Positions 9,083 to 17,191 are shown, counted from the first letter of the stretch. The stretch: 20,150 bases of DNA from Bacteriovoracaceae bacterium (GCA_049599895.1 JBMYPC010000050.1:1-20150), one strand, 5' to 3'. Notes: a model not told the origin generated them from the letters alone. Program-made: numbers and translations.

Positions 9083-12000
9083 TTATTGACCCTGTCTTGG
9101 AAGAGTTTTTTGTCCCTTAATGAGTGGTATACCCGAACGTTTGTAGCGTTTAGAGATGATTTTAAACAATGACAGAGAACGATTGTCATGGACGTCGTTA
9201 TAGGCATCCTTATAGCGATTACGGTAGCTCTCTTGTTTAAAAGAATCATTATAGCTAGCAAAAGATCTTTTAATTTTTTCTTTTTCTTCCAGCTGTTGAG
9301 TATCAATTCCTCCGAGATCGAAGCCACTTCTATTTTTAAACTTCATTTTATCGGGATCTAGCTCCTCATCATCAAAGTTCATATCAAAATCACCTTTGCC
9401 CTCATAGTATCCTAATTGTCTTGGGCCATTAGGTTTCGTTTTCTCGTCTTTTTGCTCTTCAGTTTTATGTCCTTTTTTGGTTTCATATTCGACAGTTTGA
9501 TCTTCGAGTTTTACTTCTTTTTCAAGTAAATCTTCTTTTTGCTCTTGAACTTGTGGTGCTGCAAAACGACTTTCTTTTGAAAGAGTATTTTTTGCACCGA
9601 GTTCTTTACCTGAAAATGGATCAAAAAATTGTGTTGAACTAGACTTTTTGGATGCTTGTCTAGGCTTTTTTGATGTTACTTTGGAAAAAGCATCAGTAAC
9701 ATTCTTCTCCCTTCTTAAGGCCTTCTTGATTGCAGAAGACTTGTTGGCCAGTTTACCGGCTTCGATATTTGCAGCAGTTAGATTTCCAGAAAGAGTATCA
9801 TTAGCACCTTTAATGACTATTTCCCCTGTCTGTGCGAGAGTGTCAGAATATTTTCCAAACTTTGGTGATTTGTATTTATAACAACTTCCATTTTGTTTAC
9901 AGAGACACTTCTCATCAAAAGTAATACCACCACTAGAATTACTCTTCATGCAAACACCTACTGGAATATCTGGAAAGTTTGAAAAGTCATTCTCAAGACC
10001 AACAGTTCCAAGGTTCATTCTCTGTCTTGAGTAGCGAATAAGGTTGGCGTAACGGTTGGCCATCTGGCAAACAGTTGTTAATTCACCATCGGCAGTGGAT
10101 GTGTCATTAGGATTGTTCACACATGGGAGACCGAGGTTGGCATTATGAAGTCTTAGATTTTCCATAAGCATTTCAATAACTGAAAAAATATAGACATGTC
10201 TTGTTTCAGGAAGAGGAAATCCTGACTTCTCAGGGAGTGAATGTCTGTAGCTTGCAGTTCTAAGATCTGTGAAGTTATATCTTAAAAAGCCATCATGCTC
10301 ATTGATGCCATTGGCATCAGTGTCAAAAGGCATGAGGTAACCTGCAATCGCCGTATTATGATCAGTTCCAACTGGCTGGAGTTGATCGATATCAACGGGA
10401 ACTCGAGTGAGGTCAATTCGTGGTTGATTGAAAACGTTATTTTGACTTTGAAGTTTCCAAGCTTCAGTCTTTAGGGCGAGGTAGTAAAGGAAATCAGCAG
10501 ATTCATTTCTTACGCCAACTGTTTTAAGATAACTTTTATCACTATTGGTTATCTCTGCAGAGTCAAAGCCCGCCTGGTTTGCAGTTTGTTGTGCATGGGC
10601 TTCGCTTATGAGGGCAGCTTTAATGATGTCTTGAAAGCTGACTCTATTATTTTCTTTTAACCATAGAGAAACGCGATTAACAAAGCTTTCTTGTTCAGAT
10701 ATTTCATTTGTTACATACTCTTGTTTTGGTTTATTACTTGTAAATGGTTCAATGGAAACTGTTTGACTACATTCTATAGGTCGTTCTGATGGAGAGAGTG
10801 ATCTACAGGCATCTTTGAGTTGTTCTTCGCTAAATTGTGTATCATGTTGTAAGTTTTCTGGGTCAAGATTGCTTGGTAATTGAATGTTCCCACCATTTGT
10901 CTCTTGAATATCTTGACCGTTGAGACCTAAGTATTGATCTCCACTTTGATCTGAAGCTAGGTTGACGTATCCTGCTCCACGAATAAGAGTCGGAGATGGC
11001 CGAACGGTTGTGTTTAAGACAGTGTATGTGGAGTCAATCCCTGGCCAGTTACAGGCCATAGCCCCATGAAGTTGAGCATCTTTTAATTGATCTTCCCATT
11101 TGGCAATCTGTTGGTTTGCTTGTCCTAGTTGTTGCTGAAAAAATAATAGCACAACTGCGGCAGCGGCCGCTAATGAGAACATCGCATTTGCAAGTCCATA
11201 GTTTTGAGAAGCGGCAGCCGCCGAGCCAATAGCCGTTGCGGTTGCAATTGTAATGATTAAGATCATTATATTCATTTGGGCATTGGCCTTTCTTGCTTTT
11301 GCAGCATCAAGGTTTGCTTGGGCCATTGCGACTCTTTGAGTTTTTGCGGACATTTCCTCTAGGGCTGCTTGATAAGCGACTCGAAACATATCAAGCGCGC
11401 TCTTTTTTGTTGCGGCTTTTAATTCAGCAAAGTCAACTAGTGTTCCATAGAGATTCGCTGCTCTTAATAAACTTTGAAATTGTTCATCATTGACGTCATT
11501 GGGGTTTTCATCATTTTTATAGAAGCCAGGTTGTCCATTGGCATCGCAATTTGGTTCACGGTCTGGATCAAGATGTCCAAAGCGTGCAGGGAAATCTTTT
11601 TTTAGTTGTGGAATGTTTGCAACTGGTTCACAGTGCATAATACATTGAACAGTTGAATCTTCAGCAGCTGAGTTCGAGTTGATCTCCGCGGCCATATAGT
11701 TTGCTGAAGCAGCTCTGAAAAGATTGTAGGACCTGACGTAGCAATTGTCTTTAAAGCCATCAACTTGAGCATCTCCATCGAATGCAACATTTTGTTGATT
11801 CGACATTGGACCATTTGTGTTAATACTTGCTTTATCATAATCACAAGATCTTTTTTGTATACGATTATTGATCCAGCCGATTTCATAACAGTTTAAATTA
11901 CTGATTGCGGCCATTGATGTCCCAAGTAGGGCAAGGTCTGAATTCAAGAGTGCTCTCGCTCGACCTGTACTTAGGTCGTTGACTCTGCTGTCATCACTTA

Positions 12001-13237
12001 AATTGAAAGTTGCAAGGTCAAAAATTTTGTATTCACCTTGAAAATCTCTTGTGGTTTCAACATGAAGCTTTGCTTCTCTTAGATCATTTAAGGCTTGGTC
12101 ATAAACTTCATTTGTACTTTGATTCTGTTCATGAATTTGGCCCAACATTTCATCATAATCTTGCGTGGTTTGATTAATCTGATTGACAAGGTTTGTATTA
12201 ATGGTCTTTCCTTGCCCGTTAGCACTGCTGAGACCTTGCTGAGGAGATACTTGTCCTTTGAGTTGATTACCTTGCGCCCTTAATTGTCTTCTTAATCCCT
12301 TTAAATGATTTTGAGCAGCTCTGTAGGCATTATATGCTGCTCTTGTAAGTCGTTCTTTATCTCTGTCATTGCATGTTGCATATCCAAAACCTCTATATAA
12401 AGGACATTGTGCATTGGCTTCATCAAAATCTCTTTTTCTTTCAGCGAGTACGACTTCGGCTTCGTCAATTTGCTTATCAAGTGAAACAGCTCTTTGGGCA
12501 TGAGTCGCATAATCAAACCACATCTGATCGGTTCCTCTTTGAGCGCCGGCATTGATATCGCGAGTGCCTTGAATGCGTTGTTGAATATTTGCTACTTCAA
12601 GCTGAACTGAATCTCTTTTTCTTTGAAGATCTTCAATTTTTTTGAATGTGAGCTCATCACAGCCATCAGGTGCGTCTTGAGAAATTGAATTACAGTATTC
12701 AGGGTTGGATGCAGTTGTCGGTGCACAAGCATTATTTTGTCGTTTGAGAGTTGCTATTTCTCTTTCTATTTTATTTAACTCTTCTTCTTTTTTTGCCAAT
12801 GCCTGTTGTTCAGCATCTAAATTTCTTACGTTGTCAGTAACTTGCCCTACATAAGCAGCAGCATCAGATATATTTGAGTAATCGTTTTGACTTAAGAGAA
12901 TTGCTTGGTTGTTAAGGCATTCTCCGAATCGATCATCTGCGGTTATTTTGTCGTTAATTTGTGCCATTGCTGCATCTGTTCCAGTGTACTTGGCCCAAGC
13001 AGGAGTACATTGCTGATGCTGAAGGGTTGATCTCGTTGTATCTTGATTGGTGTGGATACTAACATTCTTAGCAAAGTTAATCTTGGCGTTAGTGATTTCT
13101 TTTGAGTCGACCTCAGCTTTTACGCTTGAGTTTGCGGTCTGGGCCATCACTTCAACAGGGATACTAATAAGTATCATCGAGTAGATGAGACTACTGGTTA
13201 TGATATGCCTAAATATTTGAAAACTACGTAATTTCAT
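9083..13237 (-). CDS. Very large secreted hypothetical protein (1384 aa) with coiled coils, Cys clusters and a hydrophobic hairpin
   Basis: 4.1-kb uninterrupted ORF. N-terminal Sec-type signal (basic N-region, hydrophobic core, VMA|Q), long heptad stretches, a hydrophobic segment at aa 657-700 and a charged low-complexity C-terminal tail. Confidence 0.9.
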   Translation of the reverse strand: MKLRSFQIFRHIITSSLIYSMILISIPVEVMAQTANSSVKAEVDSKEITNAKINFAKNVSIHTNQDTTRSTLQHQQCTPAWAKYTGTDAAMAQINDKITADDRFGECLNNQAILLSQNDYSNISDAAAYVGQVTDNVRNLDAEQQALAKKEEELNKIEREIATLKRQNNACAPTTASNPEYCNSISQDAPDGCDELTFKKIEDLQRKRDSVQLEVANIQQRIQGTRDINAGAQRGTDQMWFDYATHAQRAVSLDKQIDEAEVVLAERKRDFDEANAQCPLYRGFGYATCNDRDKERLTRAAYNAYRAAQNHLKGLRRQLRAQGNQLKGQVSPQQGLSSANGQGKTINTNLVNQINQTTQDYDEMLGQIHEQNQSTNEVYDQALNDLREAKLHVETTRDFQGEYKIFDLATFNLSDDSRVNDLSTGRARALLNSDLALLGTSMAAISNLNCYEIGWINNRIQKRSCDYDKASINTNGPMSNQQNVAFDGDAQVDGFKDNCYVRSYNLFRAASANYMAAEINSNSAAEDSTVQCIMHCEPVANIPQLKKDFPARFGHLDPDREPNCDANGQPGFYKNDENPNDVNDEQFQSLLRAANLYGTLVDFAELKAATKKSALDMFRVAYQAALEEMSAKTQRVAMAQANLDAAKARKANAQMNIMILIITIATATAIGSAAAASQNYGLANAMFSLAAAAAVVLLFFQQQLGQANQQIAKWEDQLKDAQLHGAMACNWPGIDSTYTVLNTTVRPSPTLIRGAGYVNLASDQSGDQYLGLNGQDIQETNGGNIQLPSNLDPENLQHDTQFSEEQLKDACRSLSPSERPIECSQTVSIEPFTSNKPKQEYVTNEISEQESFVNRVSLWLKENNRVSFQDIIKAALISEAHAQQTANQAGFDSAEITNSDKSYLKTVGVRNESADFLYYLALKTEAWKLQSQNNVFNQPRIDLTRVPVDIDQLQPVGTDHNTAIAGYLMPFDTDANGINEHDGFLRYNFTDLRTASYRHSLPEKSGFPLPETRHVYIFSVIEMLMENLRLHNANLGLPCVNNPNDTSTADGELTTVCQMANRYANLIRYSRQRMNLGTVGLENDFSNFPDIPVGVCMKSNSSGGITFDEKCLCKQNGSCYKYKSPKFGKYSDTLAQTGEIVIKGANDTLSGNLTAANIEAGKLANKSSAIKKALRREKNVTDAFSKVTSKKPRQASKKSSSTQFFDPFSGKELGAKNTLSKESRFAAPQVQEQKEDLLEKEVKLEDQTVEYETKKGHKTEEQKDEKTKPNGPRQLGYYEGKGDFDMNFDDEELDPDKMKFKNRSGFDLGGIDTQQLEEKEKIKRSFASYNDSFKQESYRNRYKDAYNDVHDNRSLSLFKIISKRYKRSGIPLIKGQKTLPRQGQ

Positions 13238-13256
13238 ACAACTACCATTTTATTAC

Positions 13257-13283
13257 CTATCGGAATTGTCAGGAAATAATTAA
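13257..13283 (-). promoter_or_regulatory. Sigma28/FliA-like promoter of the 1384-aa gene
   Basis: Minus strand reads TTAA-N15-TCCGATAG (consensus TAAA-N15-GCCGATAA), ending 19 nt upstream of the ATG at 13237. Confidence 0.65.
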
Positions 13284-13416
13284 GCCGGATTTGAAAGTTG
13301 AGGACCTAACTCTTTAATATTACAATAGAGAGCAGAAAACCCTAAAAGCCTCAATAAATTGTCACTCAATTCATGTGATAATTGAGACAAAAAAGAGAAT
13401 TGGCCTAGGAAGAGTT

Positions 13417-13866
13417 ATGAAGAAAATCGCTTATCTTTTATTAATGTTTATCAGTACTGAATTTGCTCTGGCCGAAGAGGCGACAAAGAAAATGAAAGTC
13501 TATAAGCCTAATGTTCCAGACACTATTAAGCGGGATAAGAACTTTAAAGCAGCTCTTGGCAATATGCAAACATGTATGGAAAAGTGGGCAGCACTTTGTT
13601 CTGAAGAAAAAGATTCAGCTGATTGTCGTTCAAAAAAGTTTAAGCAACTCGAGCCTCAATGCCAGACTCTTATTAAATCTAATATGAATCAAATGAGCGA
13701 TATTGGAAAAAGCTGCATGGGGATTATGAAAATTTGTCCGATCAACATGGCCGGTGGAGATACGACGAAAATGATTTCTGACCTTCAGGCATGTATTAAA
13801 AAGAATATGGATAAACTTCCTAAAGACTGTAAAGGTCTTATCGATCGCTATACCGGTAAAAAATAA
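13417..13866 (+). CDS. Small secreted Cys-rich repeat protein
   Basis: Likely start ATG 13417 after AGGAAGAG. Signal peptide MKKIAYLLLMFISTEFALA|EE. Two four-Cys units: C-x7-C-x8-C-x11-C and C-x6-C-x18-C-x11-C. Confidence 0.8.
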   Translation: MKKIAYLLLMFISTEFALAEEATKKMKVYKPNVPDTIKRDKNFKAALGNMQTCMEKWAALCSEEKDSADCRSKKFKQLEPQCQTLIKSNMNQMSDIGKSCMGIMKICPINMAGGDTTKMISDLQACIKKNMDKLPKDCKGLIDRYTGKK

Positions 13867-13884
13867 ACGAGATGAGAGAGAATA

Positions 13885-14226
13885 TCAGAGATCTTTAACG
13901 TAGCGATTTTCTTTATCAACGAGAATGCACTTGGGATCAACTGGCCTATCAGATTGGATGAAGCTGATGATGATGATTTCTTCACCTTTTTTGATGAGAT
14001 GAGCTGCCGCCCCATTCATACAAATACTGCCGCTATTGGGTTCACCTGGAATCACATAGGTCTCAAGTCTTGCACCTGAAGTATTTGAAACAACGAGAAC
14101 TTTTTGTCCTGGCCAAAGGTCAATTCGCTCCATGAGGCTTTGGTCAATTGTGATTGAGCCAATGTAGCTTACATCTGCTTGAGTGACGGTGGCCATATGA
14201 ATTTTTGAATGTAGAACTTCTCTCAT
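13885..14226 (-). CDS. panD: Aspartate 1-decarboxylase proenzyme (pyruvoyl-dependent)
   Basis: SKIH.ATVT.AD..YIG|SITID self-cleavage site (G23-S24), GARLETY and NGAAA. Confidence 0.95.
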   Translation of the reverse strand: MREVLHSKIHMATVTQADVSYIGSITIDQSLMERIDLWPGQKVLVVSNTSGARLETYVIPGEPNSGSICMNGAAAHLIKKGEEIIIISFIQSDRPVDPKCILVDKENRYVKDL

Positions 14227-14276
14227 AGCGCTTTTTTACTCGAAATTACTGAGAATTAAAACCTAAAATGTAGAAA

Positions 14277-15458
14277 CTAAAGAGCATTGGGCCCTGGAAT
14301 TCCTAAAAAGTAGAGAATACTGGTCATGTCTCCATGGGAGAGTTGTTGCTCAGCTTTTTTTCTGACGATATCTTTAGCGTGAAAGGCGATCCCAAGACCT
14401 GCTGCGCCAAGCATTGGCAGGTCATTGGCGCCATCTCCAATGGCCACAACTTGTTCGAGACCAATACTTTCTTGTTGTGCAATAAGCCTAAGTATGGTCT
14501 CTTTTTGTTCAGCATTGACGATTGTGCCAAGGACTTTTCCCGTTAGTTTTCCGTCAATAATTTCAAGTTCGTTGGCAAAAGCATAATCAATACCAAGTCT
14601 TTCTTTGAAAGCATTGGCAAAGAAAGTAAAACCACCAGAGATAATGGCGACTTTATAGCCAAGGCGTTTAACAGTTTTGATAAACTCATGGACTCCAGGA
14701 GTCAGCGGGATTCGATCTAAAATACTTTGAAGCTTTTCTACAGGAAAACCTTTGAGTAATGACACTCTTTCTTTTAGTGATTCATTAAAATCAAGTTCAC
14801 CATTCATGGCCTTCTCTGTGATGGCCTTAACCTGTTCACCAATATTGAAGTCTTTGGCAATTTCATCAATGACTTCGGCCTGAATGAGGGTGCTGTCCAT
14901 ATCAAAAACAATAAGTCTTTTTGAACGTCTATAGACATTGTCTTTAATAAAGGCCATGTCCACCTCGTGCTTGATGGAGCATTCAAGAATTTTCGCTTTA
15001 AGTTCAATAAGATCAATTTGTGCTGGTACCGAGGTGGTCACCTCAAGGATTTTAAAATTATTGGGTGTGACGTTATCAATTTTATGAATATTAATTTTAT
15101 TATCGGCCAGAAGTGTTGAGATATTGTAAACAAATTCAGCACTAATGGAGTCTTTGGCAACACAATTGAGTGTGAATTTCTGCGACGTTTTGTCTTCAAG
15201 GCTATTGTCCTCAGGGAGTTCTTGATAACTTAAGGCCATTCCCATTTTTTGACTTTCAAAAAGGAGTTCTTTCAGAAGTTGAGATTCTAATGGCCCTTGG
15301 TCTTTTAGCTCAATAACCATGCTTAAAGAGAGAAGGCCATGAGTGACAGCCTGTCCTATATCTTTGAGAATGCCTTCATGTTCTTTAATAAGATTCGTAA
15401 GTGTTGCAGTGATACCTGGGTGGTCAGCTCCACTCACTGTAATGTGAAGTAGCGACAT
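14277..15458 (-). CDS. serB: Phosphoserine phosphatase (ACT-ACT-HAD architecture)
   Basis: Start moved to ATG 15458 (AAGGA SD). N-terminal ACT ITVSGADHPGIT; HAD motifs FDMDSTL, ISGGF and GDGANDL. Confidence 0.95.
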   Translation of the reverse strand: MSLLHITVSGADHPGITATLTNLIKEHEGILKDIGQAVTHGLLSLSMVIELKDQGPLESQLLKELLFESQKMGMALSYQELPEDNSLEDKTSQKFTLNCVAKDSISAEFVYNISTLLADNKINIHKIDNVTPNNFKILEVTTSVPAQIDLIELKAKILECSIKHEVDMAFIKDNVYRRSKRLIVFDMDSTLIQAEVIDEIAKDFNIGEQVKAITEKAMNGELDFNESLKERVSLLKGFPVEKLQSILDRIPLTPGVHEFIKTVKRLGYKVAIISGGFTFFANAFKERLGIDYAFANELEIIDGKLTGKVLGTIVNAEQKETILRLIAQQESIGLEQVVAIGDGANDLPMLGAAGLGIAFHAKDIVRKKAEQQLSHGDMTSILYFLGIPGPNAL

Positions 15459-15468
15459 AGATTTCCTT

Positions 15469-16206
15469 TTAGGGCTTGAGACTTTTGGTCTCAATTCTTT
15501 TTTGTTTCATTTTTTTGATAAGATTTAATGTGTATTGCAGTGACGAGTAAAGAGAAGCTCCAGCGGCAAGGTAAATAAAACCAATTCCTAGCTCAGGAAA
15601 GGGGATTCCAAAGGGATATTCGTAGGCCATGAGCATTGGGATACCGATCATTTGAAAAGCAGTTTTCCACTTTCCAAGTTTTCCAACAGGGACTTTGAAG
15701 CCTCTTTCCATAGCAAGAAGCCTTAGCGCTGTTATATAGATCTCTCTTAAGACGAGAATAATCACAAGATAGGCCGGAATTCGATACAGGGCCTGAAGAA
15801 GAATTAATGACGTGACGACGAGAAATTTATCAGCAATGGGATCAAGGAATGAGCCAAAGACTGTCTCGATTTTCCTTTTTCTGGCGATATAACCATCGAG
15901 AAAGTCGGTGATTGAAGCAGCGACAAAAGTCCATCCTGCCAGGTAGCCAAGAAAACTAGACCATTTTTCAACAACTTTCCAATCGAGCATGAGCAATGAC
16001 AATGAAACGAAAATTACGGGAATAAGGAGAATACGAAATAATGTTAATCGATTGGGGAGGTTGTCAATTTCCCATTGCCCATCCGTATTAGTTTGAGCTG
16101 AAGTGGGGCCTTGCTCTTGTGTATCCTGAGTATTGTTAAGATTATCAGGGTTATCTTGATTATCCTGGTTATCAGAGTTATTTGGGGTTTGGTTTTCGTC
16201 CGTCAT
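15469..16206 (-). CDS. pgsA: CDP-diacylglycerol--glycerol-3-phosphate 3-phosphatidyltransferase with an acidic N-terminal extension
   Basis: NLPNRLTLFR, the CDP-alcohol signature TDFLDGYIARK...FGSFLDPIADK, REIYITALR and GKWKT. Confidence 0.9.
   Translation of the reverse strand: MTDENQTPNNSDNQDNQDNPDNLNNTQDTQEQGPTSAQTNTDGQWEIDNLPNRLTLFRILLIPVIFVSLSLLMLDWKVVEKWSSFLGYLAGWTFVAASITDFLDGYIARKRKIETVFGSFLDPIADKFLVVTSLILLQALYRIPAYLVIILVLREIYITALRLLAMERGFKVPVGKLGKWKTAFQMIGIPMLMAYEYPFGIPFPELGIGFIYLAAGASLYSSLQYTLNLIKKMKQKRIETKSLKP
16138..16173 (-). repeat. Degenerate 9-bp tandem repeat (4 copies) in the pgsA 5' region
   Basis: Minus strand GATAACCAG GATAATCAA GATAACCCT GATAATCTT, encoding DNQ-DNQ-DNP-DNL. 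Confidence 0.7.
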
Positions 16207-16363
16207 TAGCTCGTTATCATCTTTAAATCTATAGTTGAGTCATTCTTTGACCGTTTTACCCTAGCAAAAAATGTTTTAAGCGCCTAGGGAGTTTTTCTAG
16301 CTTCTTTTCGGCCAAAAGTTTAAGCTTTATAATATAAAAAAATAATTCTAAGGATTGGAATAT

Positions 16364-17101
16364 ATGCCTGAACGTTTTAGTTTGATAAAAACAGAAATTA
16401 GAGATCCAGAAAAGAGAATTCTTCCAAGGTTTCCCTTCTCGACAATGACCTTTAAACTCGCAAAAGAAAGTGAAGCAGAGTCAAGCTCTCACGCTTTTCA
16501 AGTTTCCAATATTTCTTCTGGAGGTATGGGTCTTGGTCTCATAAGCGGTTCTCATCAAATTAAAAAAGGTGACTTTGTAAGCGGTGATCTTCGGTGGCGT
16601 GAGAATAGCTTAACTCTTTCTGGAGAGGTTGCTTGGACTAATGCTCAGGGGTTTGGATTGATGTTTCAAGACGATATGTCTGAAATCATGAGAGAAAAAC
16701 TTGATAATATCCTAAGCCTTGAAACGATTTCCCGTAATCTTAGGGCCATTCATAAAACTGAAATGGGCATTAATATTCCGAGCAATCTTAAGATCTGGCT
16801 TAGAACCGATGGGCCTGTTGAAATCTTTTATTGGACTCATAATGACAATGAGTTCCAAAAGATTCAGATTCTTGTGCTTGACCAGTATTTCGAATGGGAA
16901 GATGGAAAGGGTATTAGTACGGGAGAAATTCTATCCTTAAAGAATATTGAATCCCCTTTAAATCAATCTGATGAATATTCAGTTTCCATTGATTCAGATG
17001 TGAATGATGATTGCCTGAAAAAGGTTTCGCGCCTTATTGAGAATGTTGCTTCGGATATCTTACCTGACGATGCTAAAAACTTCTTACGCTGCAAGTTGTA
17101 A
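16364..17101 (+). CDS. PilZ domain-containing protein with an uncharacterised C-terminal domain
   Basis: c-di-GMP motifs EKRILPRFP (RxxxR) and NISSGG (D/NxSxxG), plus GEVAW...FGLMF. ATG 16364 preferred over TTG 16355. Confidence 0.78.
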   Translation: MPERFSLIKTEIRDPEKRILPRFPFSTMTFKLAKESEAESSSHAFQVSNISSGGMGLGLISGSHQIKKGDFVSGDLRWRENSLTLSGEVAWTNAQGFGLMFQDDMSEIMREKLDNILSLETISRNLRAIHKTEMGINIPSNLKIWLRTDGPVEIFYWTHNDNEFQKIQILVLDQYFEWEDGKGISTGEILSLKNIESPLNQSDEYSVSIDSDVNDDCLKKVSRLIENVASDILPDDAKNFLRCKL

Positions 17102-17135
17102 CTCAAAAAGCTTTCATAAAAACCAAGATTGTTGT

Positions 17136-17164
17136 TTGCCATTAAAAATCCTCGTCGATACACT
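17136..17164 (+). promoter_or_regulatory. Sigma70-type promoter of the glpX operon
   Basis: TTGCCA-N17-TACACT, followed by a GAGGAGG SD (17176-17182) and ATG 17192. Confidence 0.65.
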
Positions 17165-17191
17165 AATATCGGTTTGAGGAGGATCTTAATT

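Noticed and set aside
15469..16206. Phosphatidylserine synthase, given its position next to serB
   Set aside because: The DPIADK, RE...LR and GKxKT motifs are PgsA-type.
16305..16329. TAAA...GCCGAAAA sigma28-like element upstream of pgsA (minus strand)
   Set aside because: The spacer is 13 nt, not about 15.
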